The position numbers and the translations under genes are program-made. The notes under the pieces were generated by a model that saw only the letters and a list, made by a program, of their open reading frames with translations, was not told where the DNA came from and did not search any database. A stretch of 64,000 bases of DNA from NCBI GenBank assembly GCA_015680685.1, contig MNCI01001762.1:1-64000 (forward strand), read 5' to 3'. This document shows, piece after piece, positions 51,704 through 64,000 of this stretch (its first letter is position 1; each line of letters starts with the position of its first letter). This DNA is from Gnetum montanum (taxonomy: Eukaryota > Plantae > Gnetophyta).

Positions 51704-52571
51704 TGATGAGTCATGAATTAGATAGGCTACATTGACATATTTTCGTCGACACATGGTAGAATGCGTTGACATAGATGTGTTAACGGTAATGTAGGTAGTA
51801 CCTATATAAATGCACTTAACCCCACATTTATGACACTTAGAAATCATAGTGTAGCCAAGTTCTTGCAATTTCTCCTTCCTAGAGTTAGAATATTTTTCCT
51901 TTGCCCGTAGTCTAGATTTAAGAGATTGTACGATGCTTTATTCAAGTGCGTATGTACCTAAATGCATTGGCATGAATGACAACAAAGTTCAAATTTTCTA
52001 CATCCACTATAGCACTTAGAATAGTTTATTCTTTACATTTAACACTTTACTTTTCATGTAATTTACATTTATGGTTTTAAATAACTAATGCAATTAAGCA
52101 TTAATACGTGAGTATGGCCACTTCCAACATAACATATTATGCTTGGTAATTCCATTAGTGGATATTTGGTATGCTCAGTAATAGCCACTTGGTAAGCATT
52201 AGTGTTAATATGAGCTTGGGATGTGTACAACAAGTGGGGATGGTTACTCTATGTTAGGATAGTTAGTGACTAGATTACCTGATTAGTTCGGCCATTAATT
52301 ATTAACTCTTCATCCACTCATCTAGCCATTTGGATAAAAATATATTAAAAATACTTATAAAAATATACATCATATGCCTTAACTCACATTTAATCATACA
52401 CACTGATAACACACAAGTGTGAGTTAGGAAGATAATGATCATACAACTCCATGATTTACTCTTTAAGACTATAGGTAAACTTAGGAGACTAAGTCTATGA
52501 AATTGGATTGAATTGCTAGTGAACACTTGTGATTCATATGGTTGGACGTAGGGGATACCCATCGCTCATCA
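51704..52571 (+). repeat. 3' LTR of the Athila-like element
   Basis: TGATGAG...CTCATCA inverted termini and CCTATATAAATG at ~51801. Confidence 0.88.
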
Positions 52572-53400
52572 TACATAATGCATCAAGGTTTTCCTATTAA
52601 TATTTGATGCTATCATTTGGCTATTCATGACCCAAAATGTCCTATTTGCAACATAGAAGATACTTATCCCCTTGCTCATAGCTCTTGGACTTGGTGTAGT
52701 AGCTATTTACATGGTTTTAAACCATGATTAGAAAAGTTTTATTTAGTGGTACTCCCCAACTTCAAGGATCTTTGCTTTCATGGTTGGCGTTACTTTTGTC
52801 CTCTTATTCTTTATGCCATCTAGAAGTTTCAATGTAATGTGGTTTTTCACAGAGATTCTTTAGCTAATTTTCTTCTTTTGTTAGTTCAAGATGACATCAT
52901 TCAGCAACTAATGCTTTAGCTAAATTCCCAAATGTTTTTTTACTGTAGTTTTTTATTTTATTAATAGGAAGCCTTTAGTAGGAAATGAAAACCCTTTTGG
53001 ACACTTCTAAATGAGGGCAAGGTATGATCCTTTTCCTACCCTAGAGGGAAGGTTTTCTAGGATCAATTGTAAGGATGAAAACCTAAAAGGGCTTTCCCAA
53101 AACTATTGGGCCTTTCATTTTTGTTGTTTTGGAGTTTCTCTTCTGCTTTTTTGCTTTTGTACTTTGAATATGATTTTTTTCAATATTTTATTTTTGGGGT
53201 TTGACACCCCCCTCTCAATAAATAACATGAATTTAGCTTCTCAAATAAATATACTTTGAAATCATAACTTGGAGTTTCCAAACAAAGAATATCAATAAAG
53301 GATCATCATCTAGAGGCTCAATGCTCATCTTGAAAGGTAGGTCCTAGGAGGGTTGATAAATGAATGAAAACCTAACCTCTTTTGAGTGAGTGTACTTAAG

Positions 53401-53635
53401 CTTGAATCTATGTCTTACAACTTAAGAAACAAACAACTTATCATCATTCTAAATGATAATTAATAAATAACATGAATTCAACTTCTCAAATCAATATATT
53501 TGAAATCGTAATTTGTAACCTTGAATCTATGTCTTACAACTTATGAAACAAATAACCTATCATCATTCTAAATAATAATTAATAAATAACATGAATTCAA
53601 TTTCTCAAATCAATATATTTGAAATCATAATTTGG
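53401..53635. repeat. 119-bp tandem duplication with further partial copies (53220, 53668)
   Basis: CTTGAATCTATGTCTTACAACTTA...CATGAATTCAA.TTCTCAAATCAATATATTTGAAATC at 53401 and 53520. Confidence 0.9.
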
Positions 53636-53699
53636 ACTCTCTAAATCAACAATCTCAATAAAAAAATATGAATTCAACGTCTCAAATCAATATACTAGG

Positions 53700-54455
53700 A
53701 TAAGATCCCGTATTAGCACCGTGCAAATGTTCCAAGTTCTTAAAAAAAAAAAAAAGTCTTGGAAAATGCAACCTTTATGGCGTAACGAAAAGCGAAAAAC
53801 ATGGTACATACAAACTGAAAACACCAGGACCTCACTGCGAAGGTGATGATGTAAATTCCAAACGCAGCAAGCGCCTACTCTACGGACCTTGCATGCTAAG
53901 CAATTGCATTGCAATATGAGCGTATCAGGGGAAACGCGTTTCTATTTGCAAAGAAGCGGAGGGAGGTCCAAGTCAGCGATCGAGCGATTGATCTAGGATC
54001 TCTTCTCGTCCCTTTTTACATTTACGGACCATCTAGGCTATGCTATGGTATGACTGACGACAGACTAGACTGGACTGGACTGAACACGAACACGAAAAAC
54101 AACACGACAGCGAAGCGTAAAACACACCACCACGGCCCTCCTCTTTTTTGACGTAAGCGTTAATTGCATTTACGCAGCCATCAACGTTCACACGGAACAC
54201 CGCTTCTTCTTCTTCTCCTTGTCGTCCATGTGCACGACAATTTGAGGTGAGAAATCCATCCTTTTCTTCATCGTGTATCGATGCTTGAATTGCCTGCTCA
54301 ATTTAGATGTGCTATTTGTTTTGTGGTTGGCTGTGTTGAATAATTGGTGTAGCAGCATCGGCATCATCAGGTTGAAGGAAATCAATCGAGATTTTCGTTC
54401 CGTTGCAGCCGAAGCAGCAGAAGCAGCAGCAGCAGCTAGGGTTTGTGACAAAAAA
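53700..54455 (+). promoter_or_regulatory. CpG-retaining promoter/5' UTR of the TOM1-like gene, with probable 5' UTR intron, GCA repeats and a telo-box-like TAGGGTTT
   Basis: CpG content rises sharply. Donor GAG|GTGAGA at 54247; candidate acceptors at ~54352 or ~54370. (GCA)n and TAGGGTTT lie just before the ATG. Confidence 0.55.
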
Positions 54456-57400
54456 ATGGGCGATAATTTGATGGAGAAATTCAACGCGTTAGGGGAGCGC
54501 CTCAAGGTGGGAGGCGCAGAGATGAGCCGCAAGATGAGCGCAGTGAGTGGTAAAATGAAGGAGTTGCTGTTTCAGGGCGGTCAGACGGCTGCCGACAAAG
54601 TGGTAGAAGAAGCGACGGCAGAGTCGATGGCTGATGCGGATTGGGCTCTCAACCTTGAGATCTGCGACATGATCAATTCGGAGCGCATATCCAGCCAGGA
54701 TGTTGTCAAAGCCATCAAGAAGAGGATGAACAGCCGCAGCAGCCCCCGTGTACAGTTTCTGTCACTGTTGCTGCTTGAGACCTGCGCTAAGAACTGCGAC
54801 AAAATCTTTGCGGAAATCGCTGCGGAGAGGATCCTAGACGACATGGTCAAAATGATCGAGGATCCCCAAACCATCGTTAGCAACAAGGAGAAAGCCCTCG
54901 TTCTCATCGAGTCTTGGGGCGAGTCTTCCCAGGAATTGCGTTATTTGCCGGTTTTTGAGGAGACCTACAAGGTATGTGCTACCACCTTCGTTATTTTGCT
55001 CTTCAAATTGAGTTACTTCTTGCCGTTACTTTATCAAATTTAATCTTCTGTTGAAATTTCTGCAAGATATTTGCAGAAAATTATATGTCGTTATGGTAAA
55101 TCCTCGGTTTTTGCAGTTATTCATGTATGTGCTATAGTTACATTTATTTCCCCGTTTAAGAGATTGAAAGAAAATACAATGGATGGCATCAGTGTCTTAG
55201 AGAAAGCTTATTTATTCAAATTCTTTACAAACCTTTAAAGCAATGCATTTTGTTTTAAAGAAAACATCAATTTTACAGCCAAGTCTATTCTAAGTTTCTG
55301 ACAATACTTGCAAATCAGTCTTTCCTGAAAACTGGAAATTTTTATTACATTCAGGAAATCACAAAGGATTTATTGGATTGTTACAAAGTCTCAACATATT
55401 GTTGAAGAAAGTTGAAAACATCAATGATATAATGCCCCAAACAGATAGGGTCAATTTGAAAGAAAACAGTAAGCAGATTAAAATTAATAATATAATTCAT
55501 TTGAATGTGAGCCAAAGATGGGCAAAATAAAAAATATATATTTTTCATGTTCTATGCTTTGTTTGCAGAGTCTGCAAATACATTCTTCTATTGGTAAATT
55601 GATCCAATGACCTGTCTCAATAAGGAGATGACAAAAGCTCATTCTTGCTTTAGTAGTTTGATTTGTTAAATGAATATGAATAGCTGAGAATAGATACCTT
55701 TGAGTACTAGATAACAAATCTCATTTAACAGAATGTAAATAAAAATGTTTTTTCCCTGATGTGTTCAACCAAACTTGAGCCAAGACTTTTTTTTTTATAT
55801 AGTTTTCTGGAGGAGCCTTTTGTATAAGGGAAGATTCTCTATTACAATATGTCAGGATTCACCATCCATTTTCTTGTGTAGCATTCATTATCTCCTTAGC
55901 ATAATTAACTTCTGCCATGTGACTTAACTTCTGAGTATAAGCAATAAATTGACAATGGGCTTCAACTTCAAGAGGAAGCAAATTTGCTTCTAAAAGTAAG
56001 ATATCATAAGAAGTTTGCATTTTCGCTTAAAACTCACATACAAGAAACTATTTTTGAACTTGCTCTAATTTTTTCCAATTATGTGTGGAAAGAGAAGGTC
56101 CGCATGCAACACATCCATATAATAATATAGAATGGATAAGGTTATGGAAAAGTTGCCTTTTGATCTCCCATGCCAAAATTTGTTTCATGCTACAATTATT
56201 TCTTAGAATAAATAAAGCTTGCATGCTGCTTGAAACCCTTTGAGCAATAAGAGTATTCTAACTATAATTACTGGGAAATTCAACTCCCAAATATTTATAA
56301 GATTCACATATATCAAGTCTTTTTTCTCCAAGGAAAAAATTGTAACTTCTATTTTTAGTACCACAAACTAGAATTTTAGTCTTATCAATATTAACTTTCA
56401 TACCAGAATGATTGTAGTAGTCATGGAGAATTTGAAGCATATAATTTAATCTTGTAGCTGATTTTGCAATTAAGGCCGCATCATCTACAAAGAGAAGCAT
56501 GTTCAAAAATAATCCATTCATTGACATACCATGATTAAAGGCATTTTGCATCCATTTCTCCAATTCTTTTATAAATATGCCAAAAAGGGGTAAGGGACAA
56601 AGGATAGCTTTGTTTAACTCCAATTGAGCGGCTAATAATTGTTCTTTGTCCAGTAAGATTATCTTCAATTAGAATGTTAACTATCTCATAGATTCTTTTA
56701 GCAGCAAAAAGGAGATCTTATCGAATATTAATGCTATTCAACTCTTCCAAAGCTTATCTTAAGTAACAAAATTATAAGCCTTAGAAAAATCAACAAACTA
56801 GATAAAAGTTGTATGGTTGGGCCTTTTTGCTTTCTCTACACAATAACGCAAAGTTATTAGATGATCTATAGTAGAATGATTCCTCTTGAAGCCTGCTTGT
56901 GATTGAGCACAATGACCTTGCATTTCTGCCTATGGACTAATTTTATTCTCCAAAATAATGGCCAAAAGCTTAGTGAAAACTGAATTGATTGCAATCAATT
57001 AGTAATTATTAAGATTTGTCTTATCTCTCTTTTTGAAAACTAAGATTGCTCGACTATAATACCAAGAGCAACCCAAACTATGCTGAAGCCCTTTATTAAG
57101 AAGATTGCAAGTTGCTTTCCACACCAATGGACCACCCTATTTAAGAAGCTATGCAAATAATCCATTAACATCAATACCTTTCTCAGAAGATAATATTTGA
57201 ATTCTTGTAGAAACGTTATCAAACGATAACTTACGAACATTAGAGTTGTGTTGCATAGTTGGTGGAGTCTCTTGATTAAAAAGGTCATTGAAGAAAGTCT
57301 AAATAGTAGATAAGGAAAAATCGCAACCATGTTGCTATCTATCTTGGAATAAATTCCAAAAGATTTTTGGATTTGATTGGAGCTCAGTAATCATTCTTTC

Positions 57401-58932
57401 CTGATCTTCTTTAATGAACTTCCTTTTTAAAAAATGAATCAAGCTTTCTATAATTCTTCAGCATGGAAACATCAAAAGGTGAAGCTATAACATCTTTACG
57501 AGCTATCAAACAGTCCACATCAAACCAAGGTTTTCTACAAGCAAACCTTTTTTTTAATCCACACCTAAGCAGCTGTAGACAAAAGAATATTACTCAAATC
57601 TAGCTCATTGTCATTGTTGACCAACATGACAGCCACTCTTGTTTGAAAATTCTGATGAAGGTCTTCTATGAGATGGCAAGTTCTACATTTCTTGTAATAA
57701 ATATGACAAATTGAAGTAAGAATAGTGAATTTCAGGTAATGATGAGGAGATTCTAGGAGTTTTTCTCCACTTGGAAAGTTTTTCACTGCATCTACATTTC
57801 CTTTGGATGTTACAAAATTGAGAATTGAGAGTTAAATCCTTTTACAATATTCTATTTTTAGAGTGGAGTGAAACTGTTAGTTAAATTCATACCATTGAAA
57901 TTTTAAATAAGTTGGTATTTAATTCACTTTGAAGAGAATGAGAATGACAGGTACATGCTAGGGAATATCAAAACTTGACCACCTCACGCAAGCATTGCAG
58001 CTATTACATTATATTGAAAATTCTGATTTGACATATCGTGTGTGCCATGCTTTCTCTTTTTCATTTTCAGAGTTTAAAATCAAGAGGAATAAGGTTTCCT
58101 GGGCGTGATAACGAGAGTCTTGCTCCAATTTTTACTCCTCCACAAACAGTTACGCCTACAAGTCCTATTGTTTCTGTAAGAAGCTTGCAAGATGTTGTTG
58201 CCTCTGAGAGTGTGGCGTTGTCTGAAGCCGACGCGAAAGAGGCCATTGCTGTTGCACGTAATAGTGTTGATCTTCTGTCTACTGTATTGACCTCTTCACC
58301 CCAGCAGGAAGCTCTAAAGGTAACATGCATATTTCTATCTTGATGTGACTATACCAAGAATGGTATCTTTTGCATTATTAGAAAATCTTTTTGTTCCTTT
58401 AGCTGTTTGCCCAGATGAGTATCAATGGAAGGAATGTCCCAGCAATTTTCTTCTGAAGTATACGTGCTATTTTCTTTTAAAACATTAAATTACAACACAA
58501 AGTTTTACGTGTTTACAGGATGAATTAACATCAACATTAGTAGAGCAATGTCGGCAATCACAGCGGACTATTCAGAGTATGGTAGAGAGAGCTGGTGACA
58601 ACGAAGCACTATTGTTCGAGGCTTTGAATGTGAATGATGAAATTCAGCATATACTTACCAAGTTCGAAGGTCTAATGAAGGCACCTGTGTCTGATTCAGA
58701 ACCTGAACCAGCAATGATACCAATAAGTGTGGAGGAAGAAGAGTCTCCACATGCCCTTCATGAAGATTCCTTAGTCAGAAACCGCAACTCAAAGCCTCTA
58801 ACCGCACATTCCACTTCATCCGATGAAGATGCTATGGCTCATTTGGACGAGATGATTTTTGGAAAGAAAGGAGCTACTTCTGAAGAACATGGTTCTATCA
58901 AAAATAAGGATGATGACCTTATTAAATTTTAG
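54456..58932 (+). CDS. TOL1: TOM1-like protein (VHS + GAT domains, ESCRT-0-like sorting), join(54456..54971,58071..58319,58519..58932), 392 aa
   Basis: MGDNLMEKFNALGERLKVGG..DWALNLEICDMIN..LRYLPVFEETYK|SLKSRGIRFPGRDNESLAPIFTPP..SSPQQEALK|DELTSTLVEQC..GDNEALLFEALNVNDE..DDDLIKF*. Both introns are phase-0 GT-AG and the frame is intact. Resembles Arabidopsis TOL1. Confidence 0.95.
55400..57800 (-). mobile_element. 5'-truncated, decayed non-LTR retrotransposon (RTE/RTE-X-like) in intron 1 of TOL1
   Basis: PWFDVDC (~57520), QAGFKRNHSTIDHLITLR..FVDFSKAY (~56900-56775), LLFVDD..KVNIDKTK..YKYLG (ORF 56258-56668), and C-terminal LLIETGHW...CICRLC...IEHEKY (ORF 55484-55717). Confidence 0.85.
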
Positions 58933-60369
58933 TTTCCTATTATGGTTCTATACTTGTACATTTGAAATTTAGACAATCTAGAGAGTATTGTTGCGATTCG
59001 TCTTTTGTGTTTTACTTATCTAGCAACATTTAAAGGAAAATTTTGTGTTGCTGTATCAATCAAATGAGATTTTTCATCCATTTTTTGGGTATCCAGATAG
59101 CTGAATATAGTGGACACATATTTTAGATTTGCTTATCATGCATGGTGGTGGTGAAGGCCTAAAAGCGTTACACTGGTGTCCTGTTGTCCAATGTCAAATT
59201 TACAGAATTTAACTGTTTCATGGAGGACCTATTTTCATAATGGTAATTGTTTGGTGCTTTGATTTGAATTGTAATGACAGTCAATTACTAGTGTTGAATG
59301 CTGTTTTAGTTTTGGGATGAATTATGTTATACCATGTGTCCCTGGTCACTGCCACTCCAGTGTTTACAATCGTTTGTGCATAATAGCTTTCTGGTTTCTT
59401 CATGCTGCAGTTTTAAGTTGAGAGTTACATATGGATGAAGTTGTTGCTACAAATTCGTTTTTAGGAAATGAGTTTCTGTTGTAATAGTTGGGTTCCTTGA
59501 GGCTTCCAGCACCATTTAATGATCAAGCTTCTCAGCTTTATTTTCAGGTTTAAGATCATTACGTTGGGAATCAAATTCTGTATGCTTTAATTAGCAAAAT
59601 TAAGGGCTAATCAAGTCAATGTTCTTTACGGATCAAGTTTTTAAGTATGTGTTAAGCAGACATTTTAGGTTAAGTTAATAATTATTTAAAGATTCAATGC
59701 TTATTTTGTCAAGGTTGTCAATTTGGAAAATTTCCATAGATCTTTTTTTGGGTTTTAGAAGGATTGGTAAATGAGCACAAGCTTAATTTTTTTTGGAATG
59801 GTTCCGCACCTTATTTTTAAATCTTGCATTAGACCTTTTATATATTCTGTATTTTGCATTTGTTCATGAGACATTGATTACTTTGATTGAGCAAGGTGAT
59901 AAGGTACATGGAGTTACATCAATGATGTGGTAAAAGCATCATGTTACCCTCATGATCAACCTTAGCTTCATTAATTAAAAAAAATTATAAATAAGATTAA
60001 TAAATGAGATTATAGAAAGCTAAGTAAGGCCATTTAATATAATGTAGATCTATGAGGAAGAGATATATGACTACAAAATAAAACATTGTTAGAGTTTAAC
60101 ACTAGATTTAAAGCAAGAATTGCCAACATGAGAGTGTTTAAAACAAGAGCTATCCTTGAGTATTGTTAATGTTGCAGTTGTCCTTGAGCTTGCAATTGAC
60201 ATAAAAGCAATTTGAGCTATGACTCTAAGTTACCATTTTGAGTTTGTTGCAAATGAGTTAAAGCAAGAGTAGCTACAAAAACAAATTTAATAGTTATAGA
60301 TAGTCTAACATCACTAAAGATGATAGAGGAACATTGTTTCCAAAATTGAAAAGTGAGTTCCCTTAGAGG

Positions 60370-61500
60370 CCAACCTTTTTGCAATTAAGTGAAAGTTTTA
60401 ATAGGAAAATAAATCCATAAAAAGAAATTGAAAGCAATTGTTGGATGCAGGAACATTTGAAAAATATAGCTCCAAAGTCTTTACACATGATTGCATTGGA
60501 GCATGATGTGGATTTGAAAAGTGTTTTAGTCTATAGCCTAGGGGCAAGCCATTATGAAGGAAAAGGAAATTTTTGGCTGCCTCTAAGAAGCTTATAGCTA
60601 TTTTAACATGCTTTTTCATTTACCATTAGAAAATTAGATATTTTAAATCCTTTGAATTTTGTTCTTACATTTCATCTTTTCACTTAAATGCTTGTTACGC
60701 TAAAAGCTTTTAGTTTGTGGAAAAGAGAATTATATCGCCATCTCTAACAATCGTATATCACTTGAGATTTGGGGATTTACTAAAAATCATGATTTGAAAT
60801 TACACTTTTTGGCAATATCTATTTCTCATTTTTTTTTAAACTTTTGCACTCGTGATTTGATTCCATAACCTATGGATCAACCTCTTAACTTTTCTCTACT
60901 AACTGCATAAGCTATGGGGTCCATCTTGAAATACTTTAAAGATGCTTTGTAAATATTTCCAAGAGGGAATGGTGGGTTGAAGAACATTACAATGAATATA
61001 CCATAACTTGGTCAATCGCAACAATGGCAGCCCAAAATTTTTTGCAAAAGTAGCATGAATAGTGCCAAGTATTAGAGTCCACCAGATGGAGTTTGTCTCC
61101 AAACTGGAATGTGACCAAGCAAGTAGATTCCATGCTCTTCAAAGGACTTTAAGACAAATGAACTTGGATAATTGGCATGCATTGAAGAAAAGAATCAAGT
61201 GGACTAGTGGCCTACTTGCCTTCTTTAGTGTGAAATAGGTTTAATTTGATGCATCCTATGTATGGGCTTTTGCAAACCATTTAGTAGCAAGAAAAACACT
61301 TTGGTGAAGAAGGTTGGGTAAACCAAGTCCTCCAAAATCTTTGGACATAGCATAATGATCTGAAGTTACCCTGTAGAAACCTTTAGAATCATTGCATAGA
61401 TGCAGATTTTCAATAGGTGTTGAAGAAGGATTTCCTTCATAGAGAGAGGATGCGAGGGGTCCACTTAATAAATTTTTGACGAACTTTGGTAAGTACATAG
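60370..61500 (-). mobile_element. L1-type LINE 3' fragment
   Basis: SKDFGGLGLPNLLHQSVFLATKW (ORF 61256-61504) is the post-RT L1 motif; downstream Trp-rich fragments are consistent. Confidence 0.65.
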
Positions 61501-61569
61501 ACAAACTTGATTAGTTGATTAATGAACAATGAATAAAGTGACATCGGTTAGTTGCGATATTGGAGCTAT

Positions 61570-63290
61570 CATGATGCTATCTCATAGATGTAATGTAACA
61601 ATAATAATAAGTGTCTATAAATATTATTCACCTATATTTATGGTACTAGTTGGCTAGTAAGTAGCTAGATTCTTATAGTCTAATTTCTCAATTTTGGTAA
61701 CAATCAACAATTTCCTTACTGTGGGTTTGAGTTAACTTTACAATGCCTTTATTTAAGTGGAATGTACTTGGACATGTTTTATGAATGACACTAAAGATCT
61801 AGATTAATTATCTTTGGATGAGACTTGATATGTTAAGTAGCTGAGTCATTGGGACATGATGAAACATCATTTTTTCAAGTGTATTAGTCAGTTGAGATAT
61901 TGCATATGCTATATTGTAGATGCTACATTGCATTCGCATTGTAGTATCCTTGTTGATGTGTCTAAGTTGGCGGCTACATCGTAGATGCTATATAGCATAT
62001 GTTATAACTTAGATTCATCAATGCATCCAAATGCATTAACATGTCCTCGTTGATACACTGCTTATATTTGCCTATAACTATACGAGCACTCGCTGCGTAT
62101 TTACCAACATTTGGTTAGTAGTGTAACTAGAATCTTGCAATTTTGTTTTGTAGTCCTAGAGAATAGTCAGTGAGTGCTTGTAGTGTGAATTTGGGTAAGT
62201 TGTATGACATCTTATTCGAGTGGCATTGTACTTGGATATATTCCATGAATGACAATAAGATCAAGATTGATTCATATTCATTGTAAGACTTTGACTCAGA
62301 ATAGATTTACTTTCAATGCAGTTTGCTTTCCATGTTCTTAGTTAATATTTACATTTCCTTGCACATTAATTAATTGGTGGAATGAGTGCAACTAGTTTCA
62401 AGCATAAACGCATATTTGCTTGGTAATCCCAATAGTGTTATTGCTTGGTTTGCCCAGTAGTATAACACTTGGTAATCCCAGCAGTGGGTATGTGAATTTA
62501 GGATGTGTATAGCAAGTTGAGAACGGACACTCATCGCCCTTAGGATAGTTTAGGATTTATATTCTTGTTCTTAATTAGATTAATTAATTAATTTCTATAT
62601 TATTATTCAATTAGTTCAAGGGCTACACAACATCAGTAATCATATGCCTCATTTTGAACTAAATCATACATGATAAAGCTACCACTAGTTGAAGTGAGAA
62701 GACAGTGACCTATGATTAATGCTTAATAATCTAGATATCATACTAGTTCCATCCATGGAATTTGACTAGATTTCATGTGAATGCTTGTGATTCATATGGT
62801 TGGGTGTAGGGGATACTTGCTGCTCATAATTTTCTATTGCAATACCTTGACTTGGATTAAATATACTTTTTTGGGTCATTTAACTTCCAAAACAAGTTAG
62901 AGTAATGTTTATAATTTCATTACATGTAGCATGTTTGGTAGAATAAATGCAACCTAATTTTGAGTGTAACATGTATTCATTTGGTAATCCTAGTAGTGAT
63001 ATTGTGTGGTTTGCCCAATAACATATCACTCGGTAATTCTAGTAGCTAATATACCAGTTTAGGACATGAATGATAGATTGAGGCCTAGAGATTTATCATC
63101 TTAGGCTAGTATAGGATTTATATTATCACTTATTAGGTTAAATAATTAATTTCTTTATTATTACTACTACTTAGTTTTATCATTAGTTATAATATCATTA
63201 TCATGGGCCTTAACTATACTTAACCATAAACATTAAGGACCACTATGAGTATAGCTAGAAAGATAGTGATGTGAAATCTCACATTTAACT
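61570..63290 (+). mobile_element. Decayed, internally duplicated Athila-like LTR fragments
   Basis: 62780-62830 (GTGATTCATATGGTTGGGTGTAGGGGATAC..CTCAT) matches the LTR end at 52530-52571. Internal duplicates are 61720-61830/62185-62295 and 62420-62720/62980-63270. Confidence 0.6.
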
Positions 63291-63533
63291 ATTTAGATAC
63301 CACACAATCTTTTTTTTTTTTTGGCCTGAGGGTAGGGGGTGGTGCAAGGGAGGAGGGGAAGGATGGGTGGTTATGTTGGAACCTTGAAATAAGTGTAATA
63401 TAAGTATATCCCAAGATATATAACTTAGCATTACCTACTAGAATTGAACCCATAACTTGGAGCTTTCAAATCAAGAGTCTTACCATTAGGTTAATACCTC
63501 ATTCTACCACGATTTACCACAATGCTTGTAGAT

Positions 63534-64000
63534 TGAAACACTGCCTAGAAAATGAATGTTGTAACCTATATAACCTTCACCATTCAACTTGAGGCAAGAT
63601 TTTATTGTAAATGTAAGGTTGGTAGCCCATGAGCTACAACATTATATACTTTAACTTTTTGGGGCTAAAGAATGCCTCATAAGTTGCTACTACCTCACTT
63701 TTCAAGTGGAAACAGTAATGTCATGTCTATATTTGGGCTTGGGAAGGCTAAAAATGCCTTGGGGGTTACCAAATTTGGCATTTTCATGGGTTTTTCGTGG
63801 GGGTATAGCCTTAACTACGTTGGAACGACCTACACCTAGCATTGGTGGTGTTGGGTTTTTCATTTCCCAACAATTCCTAGTGTAGTTGTCACAAAATCCA
63901 ATGTGGAAGCTGCAAGGCTAGGGTTGTAGTTGTTGGATTTTCCATTTTCCTAGCAATGGCTAGTGTAGTTATGAAAATTTTCTAGTGATGGCAGCATGGC
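63534..64000. mobile_element. Start of an LTR of the same family as the solo LTR at 42501 (runs off the window)
   Basis: TGAAACAC...TGTTGTAACC...CAACTTGAGG...CATGTCTATATTTGGGCTTGGGAAG is colinear with 42501-42770. Confidence 0.85.

Larger units (their letters stand above)
46091..52571 (+). mobile_element. 3' half of an Athila-like element: integrase C-terminus, long non-coding spacer, ORF2, PPT, 3' LTR
   Basis: HPQANDQVEV..DWSIKLNVALWAYQ..FQLGDKVL..LWEGPY at 46091-46670. ORF2 ~48699-51480. PPT ATGGGGGTA precedes the LTR 51704-52571. Confidence 0.85.

Noticed and set aside
54273-54455. 61-aa N-terminal extension of TOL1 in the ORF track
   Set aside because: It starts at GTG within a probable 5' UTR intron; homology to TOL1 starts at MGDNL (54456).
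54188-54907. Antisense ORFs 54188-54532, 54581-54907 (and 58067-58330)
   Set aside because: These are shadow frames of GC-rich TOL1 exons with no recognisable motifs.
63430-63500. tRNA/SINE-like remnant on the minus strand
   Set aside because: There is only a faint resemblance to a tRNA T-arm; no cloverleaf or clear A/B boxes could be supported.

Overview
This is land-plant nuclear DNA; a non-seed vascular plant is plausible but cannot be proven here. About 53 kb is a nested pile of old Ty3/Gypsy LTR retrotransposons with heavy CpG/CHG deamination. It includes Athila-like pol fragments, a pol-less gag+ORF2 Athila-like element, the 3' half of an Athila-like element, a solo LTR with a CCTAT target-site duplication, and two diverged Tat-lineage elements (RT-RH-aRH-INT). 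One intact host gene follows: a three-coding-exon TOM1-like (TOL1-type, VHS-GAT) gene at 54456-58932 with an RTE/RTE-X-like LINE remnant in intron 1. L1 and LTR debris lie downstream. The most notable signal is in the Tat elements. In element B a ~6.6 kb phase-0 GT-AG intron separates protease from RT and houses an antisense, multi-exon gene. Element A has a splice acceptor at the homologous position and a homologous antisense gene. The decayed product reads as an FCP1/NIF-like (HAD) pseudo-phosphatase domain plus a PMD/transposon-associated domain; in element B a coiled coil and a possible alpha-crystallin-like domain follow. All domain calls come from manual translation and motif recognition, not database searches.
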